A stretch of DNA of 64,000 nt from Paraphysomonas bandaiensis. Taxonomy: Eukaryota > Protista > Chrysophyceae. Shown piece after piece: positions 53,201 to 64,000 of this stretch. The notes below the pieces were generated by a model. It was given only the letters and a program-made list of their open reading frames with translations, did no database searches and had not been told where the DNA came from. Position 1 is the stretch's first letter. Each line of letters begins with the position of its first letter. A program made the position numbers and the translations under genes. The stretch spans positions 62,001-126,000 of the forward strand of contig CBFFRP010000002.1 in NCBI GenBank assembly GCA_965644295.1. Direction: 5' to 3'.

Positions 53201-56200
53201 ATATATAACACAACCAGGTATAGATATAACATAAGCAGATGTATATAACACAAACACATATAAATATAGAATAACCAGGTCTATATAACACAACTAGGTA
53301 TAGATATAACATAACCAGGTATATATAACATAACCAAGTATATATATAACATAACCAGGTATAGATATAACACAAACACATAAAAATATAGCATAACCAG
53401 GTATATATAACACAACCAGGTATAGATTATAACATAACCAGGTATCGATATAACATAACCAGGTATAAATACAGCATAACCAGGAATAGATATAACATAA
53501 CCATATAAATATAGAATAACCAGGTATATATAACACAACCAGGTATAGATATAACATAACCAGGAATAGATATAACATAACCAGGTATCGATATAACATA
53601 ACCAGGTATAAAATAGCATAACCAAGTATAGATATAACATAAGCAGATGTATATAACACAAACACATATAAATATAGCATAACCAGGTATAGATATAACA
53701 TAACCAGGTATAGATATAACATAACCAGATGTAAATAACATAACCAGGTATAGATATAACATAACCAGGAATAGATATAACATAACCAGGTATATATAAC
53801 ATAACCAAGTATATATATAACATAACCAGGTATAGATATAACACAAACACATAAAAATATAGCATAACCAGGTATATATAACACAACCAGGTATAGATTA
53901 TAACATAACCAGGTATCGATATAACATAACCAGGTATAAATACAGCATAACCAGGAATAGATATAACATAACCATATAAATATAGAATAACCAGGTATAT
54001 ATAACACAACCAGGTATAGATATAACATAACACCAGGAATAGATATAACATAACCAGGTATATATAAAACATAACCAGGTATCGATATAACATAACCAGG
54101 TATAAAATAGCATAACCAAGTATAGATATAACATAAGCAGATGTATATAACACAAACACATATAAATATAGCATAACCAGGTATAGATATAACATAACCA
54201 GGTATAGATATAACACAACCAGGTATAGATATAACATAACCAGGTATAGATATAACATAACCAGATGTAAATAACATAACCAGGTATAGATATAACATAA
54301 CCAGGAATAGATATAACATAACCAGGTATATATAACATAACCAAGTATATATATAACATAACCAGGTATAGATATAACACAAACACATAAAAATATAGCA
54401 TAACCAGGTATATATAACACAACCAGGTATAGATTATAACATAACCAGGTATCGATATAATATAACCAGGTATAAATACAGCATAACCAGGAATAGATAT
54501 AACATAACCATATGAATATAGAATAACCAGGTATATATAACACAACCAGGTAGAGATATAACATAACCAGGAATAGATATAACATAACCAGGTATATATA
54601 TAACATAACCAGGTATCGATATAACATAACCAGGTATAAAATAGCATAACCAAGTATAGATATAACATAAGCAGATGTATATAACACAAACACATATAAA
54701 TATAGCATAACCAGGTATAGATATAACATAACCAGGTATAGATATAACACAACCAGGTATAGATATAACATAACCAGGTATAGATATAACATAACCAGAT
54801 GTAAATAACATAACCAGGTATAGATATAACATAACCAGGAATAGATATAACATAACCAGGTATATATAACATAACCAAGTATATATATAACATAACCAGG
54901 TATAGATATAACACAAACACATAAAAATATAGCATAACCAGGTATATATAACACAACCAGGTATAGATTATAACATAACCAGGTATCGATATAACATAAC
55001 CAGGTATAAATACAGCATAACCAGGAATAGATATAACATAACCATATGAATATAGAATAACCAGGTATATATAACACAACCAGGTAGAGATATAACATAA
55101 CCAGGAATAGATATAACATAACCAGGTATATATAAAACATAACCAGGTATCGATATAACATAACCAGGTATAAAATAGCATAACCAAGTATAGATATAAC
55201 ATAAGCAGATGTATATAACACAAACACATATAAATATAGCATAACCAGGTATAGATATAACATAACCAGGTATAGATATAACACAACCAGGTATAGATAT
55301 AACATAACCAGATGTAAATAACATAACCAGGTATAGATATAATATAACCAGGAATAGATATAACATAACCAGGTATATATAACATAACCAAGTATATATA
55401 TAACATAACCAGGTATAGATATAACACAAACACATAAAAATATAGCATAACCAGGTATAGATATAACATAACCAGGTATAGATATAACATAACCAGGTAT
55501 ATATAACATAACCAAGTATATATATAACATAACCAGGTATAGATATAACACAAACACATAAAAATATAGCATAACCAGGTATATATAACACAACCAGGTA
55601 TAGATTATAACATAACCAGGTATCGATATAACATAACCAGGTATAAATACAGCATAACCAGGAATAGATATAACATAACCATATAAATATAGAATAACCA
55701 GGTATATATAACACAACCAGGTAGAGATATAACATAACCAGGAATAGATATAACATAACCAGGTATATATAAAACATAACCAGGTATCGATATAACATAA
55801 CCAGGTATAAAATAGCATAACCAAGTATAGATATAACATAAGCAGATGTATATAACACAAACACATATAAATATAGCATAACCAGGTATAGATATAACAT
55901 AACCAGGTATAGATATAACATAACCAGGTATAGATATAACATAACCAGATGTAAATAACATAACCAGGTATAGATATAACATAACCAGGAATAGATATAA
56001 CATAACCAGGTATATATAACATAACCAAGTATATATATAACATAACCAGGTATAGATATAACACAAACACATAAAAATATAGCATAACCAGGTATATATA
56101 ACACAACCAGGTATAGATTATAACATAACCAGGTATCGATATAACATAACCAGGTATAAATACAGCATAACCAGGAATAGATATAACATAACCATATGAA

Positions 56201-59200
56201 TATAGAATAACCAGGTATATATAACACAACCAGGTAGAGATATAACATAACCAGGAATAGATATAACATAACCAGGTATATATAAAACATAACCAGGTAT
56301 CGATATAACATAACCAGGTATAAAATAGCATAACCAAGTATAGATATAACATAAGCAGATGTATATAACACAAACACATATAAATATAGCATAACCAGGT
56401 ATAGATATAACATAACCAGGTATAGATATAACACAACCAGGTATAGATATAACATAACCAGGTATAGATATAACATAACCAGATGTAAATAACATAACCA
56501 GGTATAGATATAACATAACCAGGAATAGATATAACATAACCAGGTATATATAACATAACCAAGTATATATATAACATAACCAGGTATAGATATAACACAA
56601 ACACATAAAAATATAGCATAACCAGGTATATATAACACAACCAGGTATAGATTATAACATAACCAGGTATCGATATAACATAACCAGGTATAAATACAGC
56701 ATAACCAGGAATAGATATAACATAACCATATAAATATAGAATAACCAGGTATATATAACACAACCAGGTAGAGATATAACATAACCAGGAATAGATATAA
56801 CATAACCAGGTATATATAAAACATAACCAGGTATCGATATAACATAACCAGGTATCGATATAACATAACCAGGTATAAAATAGCATAACCAAGTATAGAT
56901 ATAACATAAGCAGATGTATATAACACAAACACATATAAATATAGCATAACCAGGTATAGATATAACATAACCAGGTATAGATATAACACAACCAGGTATA
57001 GATATAACATAACCAGGTATAGATATAACATAACCAGATGTAAATAACATAACCAGGTATAGATATAACATAACCAGGAATAGATATAACATAACCAGGT
57101 ATATATAACATAACCAAGTATATATATAACATAACCAGGTATAGATATAACACAAACACATAAAAATATAGCATAACCAGGTATATATAACACAACCAGG
57201 TATAGATTATAACATAACCAGGTATCGATATAACATAACCAGGTATAAATACAGCATAACCAGGAATAGATATAACATAACCATATGAATATAGAATAAC
57301 CAGGTATATATAACACAACCAGGTAGAGATATAACATAACCAGGAATAGATATAACATAACCAGGTATATATAAAACATAACCAGGTATCGATATAACAT
57401 AACCAGGTATAAAATAGCATAACCAAGTATAGATATAACATAAGCAGATGTATATAACACAAACACATATAAATATAGCATAACCAGGTATAGATATAAC
57501 ATAACCAGGTATAGATATAACATAACCAGGTATAGATATAACATAACCAGGTATAGATATAGCATAACCAGGTATATATATAACATAACCAGGTATCGAT
57601 ATAACATAACCAGGAATAGATATAACATAACCAGGAATAGATATAACATAACCAGGTATAGATATAACATAACCAGGTATAAAATAGCATAACCAAGTAT
57701 AGATATAACATAAGCAGATGTATATAACACAAACACATATAAATATAGCATAACCAGGTATAGATATAACATAACCAGGTATAGATATAACACAACCAGG
57801 TATAGATATAACATAACCAGGTATAGATATAACATAACCAGATGTAAATAACATAACCAGGTATAGATATAACATAACCAGGAATAGATATAACATAACC
57901 AGGTATATATAACATAACCAAGTATATATATAACATAACCAGGTATAGATATAACACAAACACATAAAAATATAGCATAACCAGGTATATATAACACAAC
58001 CAGGTATAGATTATAACATAACCAGGTATCGATATAACATAACCAGGTATAAATACAGCATAACCAGGAATAGATATAACATAACCATATGAATATAGAA
58101 TAACCAGGTATATATAACACAACCAGGTAGAGATATAACATAACCAGGAATAGATATAACATAACCAGGTATATATAAAACATAACCAGGTATCGATATA
58201 ACATAACCAGGTATAAAATAGCATAACCAAGTATAGATATAACATAAGCAGATGTCTATAACACAAACACATATAAATATAGCATAACCAGGTATAGATA
58301 TAACATAACCAGGTATAGATATAACATAACCAGGTATAGATATAGCATAACCAGGTATATATATAACATAACCAGGTATCGATATAACATAACCAGGAAT
58401 AGATATAACATAACCAGGAATAGATATAACATAACCAGGTATAGATATAACATAACCAGGTATAAGTATAACATAACCAGGTATAGATATAACATAACCA
58501 GGAATAGATATAACATAACCAGGTATAGATATAACATAACCAGGTATAGATATAACATAACCAGGTATAAGTATAACATAACCAGGTATAGATATAACAT
58601 AACCAGGAATAGATATAACATAACCAGGTATAGATATAACACAACCAGGTATAGATATAACATAACCAGGTATAGATATAACATAACCAGATGTAAATAA
58701 CATAACCAGGTATAGATATAATATAACCAGGAATAGATATAACATAACCAGGTATATATAACATAACCAAGTATATATATAACATAACCAGGTATAGATA
58801 TAACACAAACACATAAAAATATAGCATAACCAGGTATATATAACACAACCAGGTATAGATTATAACATAACCAGGTATCGATATAACATAACCAGGTATA
58901 AATACAGCATAACCAGGAATAGATATAACATAACCATATAAATATAGAATAACCAGGTATATATAACACAACCAGGTAGAGATATAACATAACCAGGAAT
59001 AGATATAACATAACCAGGTATATATAAAACATAACCAGGTATCGATATAACATAACCAGGTATAAAATAGCATAACCAAGTATAGATATAACATAAGCAG
59101 ATGTCTATAACACAAACACATATAAATATAGCATAACCAGGTATAGATATAACATAACCAGGTATAGATATAACATAACCAGGTATAGATATAGCATAAC

Positions 59201-60173
59201 CAGGTATATATATAACATAACCAGGTATCGATATAACATAACCAGGAATAGATATAACATAACCAGGAATAGATATAACATAACCAGGTATAGATATAAC
59301 ATAACCAGGTATAAGTATAACATAACCAGGTATAGATATAACATAACCAGGAATAGATATAACATAACCAGGTATAGATATAACATAACCAGGTATAGAT
59401 ATAACATAACCAGGTATAAGTATAACATAACCAGGTATAGATATAACATAACCAGGTATAGATATAACATAACCAGGTATAGATATAACATAACCAGGTA
59501 TAGATATAGCATAACCAGGTATATATATAACATAACCAGGTATCGATATAACATAACCAGGAATAGATATAACATAACCAGGAATAGATATAACATAACC
59601 AGGTATAAATATAACATAGCCAGGTATGAATATAACATAACCAGGTATAGATATAACATAACCAGGTATAGATATAACATAACCAGGTATAGATATAACA
59701 CAAGCAGTCGTTCATATACCTTTAGTCGCATAGAAGAGTGACCAGAAGCCATGAGTTAATCCAAGTTCTACAATCAAACATACAGTAGTATTCGATTAGT
59801 TGTATTCGACATGTATATAGTTCTGTATGAGTAACGTACCGATGACATCATCTTGAGTGCATAGATAGTTCCGAGGCCTCTCGACAGCAGAGGCATTCGC
59901 TGTACAGTGAGAGCCGTTACCGGATGCTATAAACAATTCATACGTAAATCCCGCATGAGAAGATATGAGCTGAATGTGATCTATGATGAGACCGGTCCAT
60001 AAGTGTTTGGGCAGTATGGTGTTGTCGTCTGCTCCAGTGTCCATGAAGGGGGGGTCGTGAACCACACTGAAATAGTAGTGACCTGAGAGAGAGGTGGAGG
60101 TGGAGGTGTTAAGAGATGAGGAGAGATGGAGGAGGGAGAGGGAGAGGAAGAGGAGGGGGAGACGGAGGAGCAT
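50236..60173 (-). CDS. Ionotropic glutamate receptor-like channel, copy B (exons 60173-59840, 59767-59720, 52322-52065, 52016-50236)
   Basis: Paralog of copy A with the same intron positions and GYTANLAAIL motif; intact frames. Confidence 0.88.
52330..59700 (-). repeat. 21-bp-based minisatellite with ~0.51-0.56 kb and 849-bp higher-order units filling intron 2 of iGluR-like copy B
   Basis: Recurrent identical ORF starts at 53852, 54388, 54922, 55559, 56072, 56606, 57161, 57965, 58814. Confidence 0.97.
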
Positions 60174-60788
60174 GAGGGGTGTATGTATGTATGTATGTAT
60201 GTGTGATACCATCATATGAAGATTACACTCATATACACACATACACATACATTTACATGTACTAGTATACATACATACATACATACATACATACATACAT
60301 ACATACATACATACACAGAGGCATACCACACCCAGCAGTGTACACACTTCACATGTCCCTGTGGACATAGAAAGATACTACATGAAATGAAGTGCACAGG
60401 TACCATACAAACATACTGCATATGCCCCTATGGACACACACTATCTATGAGATATGAGATTACAATACAGCAGTACATGTACCTATGGAAATATCTACTA
60501 TGTATTGATATACTCTGTAATAATACATGCATGTACCTATGGACATATTGACTGTATGCATATACAGCAGTACATGTAGATCAATACCAGGAATTCCTAG
60601 ATACCACACACACTGTACTTATGTACTCTTCCCCAAAACAAATATACTGACGATATACAATATATACAGATTTGGTATTTTGTGCTGCTGTATATACAAA
60701 GTTCAGCTTTTTTAAAAATAAAACCCCTGTTTTTTATTACAATACTGTTGTTTCTGGTATCTACTTCCTACAATATACACAATCGTAT

Positions 60789-60915
60789 GCATCTTATTTT
60801 TCGGAAACAAATTGAAGCAAAATTCCTCTATATTACTGCAATACAACTACGCCTGGAATACACATAATTGTTGTCTCAATATTAGAGGCATCTTAGAACA
60901 AAAATATACAAAGGA
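60789..60915 (+). repeat. Dispersed ~128-bp repeat, second copy
   Basis: Direct homolog of 48438-48565. Confidence 0.8.
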
Positions 60916-61317
60916 TGCCAATACGTATATGTATATTATACAAGTATAGAGTGTACACAATAACCCCAATGGGTGTATGGGTTGTACTGCTGTATATAGA
61001 CATCTACGTATGTACGTATATATACAGTAGCTCTATATATACACATACATGTATATGAACCGCTTCAGTTTATATATACATCATTCATACTTCTCATCAA
61101 CGAACTCAATTCAATACAGGGATTTATAGAAACCCTACTATTCTCCCTTAACACTCATTCTCATCCCTCACTACTCACTTCTTTCTCCTCTCTGCTCTTT
61201 CTTTCAATCAATTAATTTAACAACTCAGTTACATACATATACATACATATACATACATACATATCTATCTATTAATCTATTCATTTTTCATATTGGAATG
61301 TTTCAATTGAGTTCCTT

Positions 61318-63881
61318 ATGACAGAGCCTGTAGATACTATACAGGAGGGTTGTGTATACCTTCCCGATAAAGGGAAGTGGTACACATATCGTTTAACTAA
61401 CACTGCAAATCTCTTATTTAATGATGATAATATTGATTGTTGGAGTATTGATATAAGATCTGCTCAATTTAATGGGATTATCTCGGAGATTTCTTTGCGT
61501 GTCAATACTGCTATTGAGCTGACGATACCAGAGATGAAGCTGGTTTTGGTATTCGAGCATGAGATTGATCTAAAGGCGTTTATATTAGCCTGTTACCGCG
61601 CAACGGCTTCAAGAGATATACAGGTAATGTAATGATCAAATCATATGGAATACTGCCTCATCAAGTTTGTGGCGTAGCGACTGGCTACTGATATGTCTAT
61701 GAACGCTGAAATCAATGAACTGCGACGGTCCGCTCGATTAATTGCACAGCATTCGTCTGGAGGTGTTGCTCCACCACAGAGAAAGACATACGTACAGGTA
61801 AATATAGGCCCCGATGATCCTGCTGTGGGTGGAAAAAAGCGTATTTCTCGGGTCGATGTTATGTCTGTGGGCGACCAGAGCGGAAGTGCTAAGGAACCCT
61901 CTGTTGTCTTTACAGGCAAAGGACGGGTATGCACTGACATTAGTTCATCCACTCTTACCACTAAGAAGTTCTACGAGACTGAAGTGCAACTATTTTCGGA
62001 CGGGCGCCTAGTGATCCCTAAAACACCACCAGTAGATGTAGTTTGTGGTAAGGTGCTCTGCTCCCGATACAGTGGTCAGGGGTCAGAGTTTGAGGTGGAT
62101 GGAGCTGTTGACTTAGAAAATGCAATGAAACTATGTGTATACGAAAGAGACAGCTCCTCTGCCATGAATCTTGTAGTGTAAGGACGTGTACACTATGTTG
62201 TAGTAGTCGTAGTAACGGATATATGCAGATTGTTTGCCAGTGCTGATAGTACCAAGACATTTTTATCCGCCCTCAGTGGTGTAGTGAGCGTTCATAATAT
62301 TATGGTACGGCGCCGTGCATAGGAGATATATCAGTAAAGGATGTGTGCAGGGATTTCTTATGGACATAGGATGGTATGAACCAGACTCTGAGCTAGAAAG
62401 CCAAGAAAACAGTAGTTCAGCACGACGCCCTACTCGGCTGGAGGTGTGCTTGCCAGTTACTGTGGAAGAAGCTAGCAGCTCTGAATCATCAGATAACGAC
62501 GACAGTCTTGGTGAAAGTTATAAGAGCTCTTGCAAGACCGATAGTGGGAAAATTAGTGTTGAGAGAATTCACAGTCATGATTCTCAGTGTGCATCCTCAG
62601 TGGATGCTCCGAATAAAACACGGAGTATAGTCCGGATGCTCTCAAATGAGTCATACAATGAGTTAGATGCAGTTGACGTGGAAGCTCAGCACAGAACTCA
62701 ACCAGAAATCGTCCAAGAATCTCGGCCGAGTCGAATCAGTCAATCTATACATAAGTTACTAGGCATTGTGAGAAAGGAGTCAGATGTGACTCATGGTGAC
62801 AATGCGGAAACGACGAATGTCATGCGACAAAACTCTACTGCTGGGGATGAGAAGCGTGAGAGTTCACTTGTTGTCGATACACATGGCTCACAACCGCGCA
62901 GTCGTTTCAGCTTCCTGCGAGCGATGTTACATCCAAATGTATCTCCACGCGGGGAGAGTGATATGTCATTTGGTGATTTTGGTGAACTAAAGGGAATAAA
63001 AGGCTCTCGACCTGTACCAACAAGTCTCCCGTCTGGCTCCCGCACTACTCGTGCCGTTGGAGATGGACTTGGAGCAGCTGTAGGGGGGATCGACTTCGAG
63101 GCACTTCTAGTAAAGAAAAGTGAATTCAGTGTGCGGACGCTAGAGTTGCAACTGAAAGATATCAAGCCTGCTCCTACACTTCAGCTTCGTGACGAAAAGT
63201 CTATGGGGCAAAATAGAGGCTCTCTAAGCTCCCCCACAGCGTCGGAATTGTTTAGAGAAGATACTGACATTAACCCACTTTTTCTGAGTTTGAATGGCAC
63301 CGACCTCTCGCGCGAAAAGCATTTAGAAATGATAATCAAAATCATTAAGCTTCCGATTACCGAGTCAATATCGATGGTTCAATCTTGGTCTGTTGCTGGA
63401 GTGACAGGGGACCTGCCTCATCATTGGGGTACCTTTGTAGAACAAAACCCAGTTGCCTTCTCCGAAAAGGTCAAGAATTGTAGGGATGATGGTGGATTCC
63501 GATATAGGATACAGAGGACTGACTCGGGCTCTCCCCGCTCGTCGGCCCCCCTTGTTTCCTTGGACGAGAGTGGCAACGAATCAATTTCCTCCCCTAGAAC
63601 GATTCCTGATAGCTTCAGTAAAAGGTACTTTTCGCAAGGATTTTACTACGTATGGTTAATATTTTTGTAGGGTGCCATCTCCTGATAGCTCTGTGGACAT
63701 ATATTCAACGCACAATACAAACGGGTCTAGTCGGGACTTACTTTGTGAAGAGTTTATCCATGGGTTATCCCTACGCTACTGCGATATCACTCCCAGAGGT
63801 CGACCTGATGAATATCCTACCTATTATTTCACGTTTCCTGACGTTTTTATTCAGGAGTGTCTATTCTCGTTGATTCTTTGA
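61318..63881 (+). CDS. Multi-exon hypothetical protein, possible PH-like N-terminus, Ser-rich middle
   Basis: Exon 61318-61623 splices in frame to 61678; long downstream open frames 62315-63670 and 63672-63881 with GT-AG borders; no family recognised. Confidence 0.6.
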
Positions 63882-64000
63882 GACAGAACAGTACATTGAG
63901 AACTTTAGATCTGCAGGGTAACCATATCAGCAGGGATAATGCAGCTGCATCTCTGGGTATGGAAACATTGAGTACAATTTTGATAACTTATCGTCTTTAT

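Overview
Intron-containing eukaryotic (probably protist) DNA in the standard genetic code, very rich in (TACA)n microsatellites and intronic minisatellites; most long ORFs in the ORF track are repeat artefacts. Host genes: a coiled-coil + acylphosphatase-like gene running off the left edge, a PH-TPR protein, NOB1, two inverted paralogs of an ATD-less ionotropic glutamate receptor-like channel (each with a 4.4 or 7.4 kb 21-bp minisatellite intron), glutaryl-CoA dehydrogenase (2.4 kb 16-bp minisatellite intron), a FAM227-like protein, a WW/zinc-finger protein, a YghU-type GST, a membrane-anchored protein with about 43 xPxKHEE-type heptads, and a hypothetical gene at the right end. The most striking object is a 3.4 kb TA-flanked IS630/Tc1/mariner-type element (5071-8447). 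Its 189-bp TIRs each end 13 nt inside a coding sequence, so a DD33E transposase and an unrelated 513-aa Cys-rich protein are encoded convergently from identical TIR-borne 5' ends (both start MAAA). The element is the centre of a 9.1 kb near-perfect palindrome (2630-11768), and an exact 55-bp solo copy of its terminus lies at 1305-1359. Also noted: a dispersed repeat with an HDV-ribozyme-like motif, strand-biased (TACA)n upstream of start codons, and A/T-ending codons concentrated at gene 5' ends. All assignments are by eye; no database searches were run.
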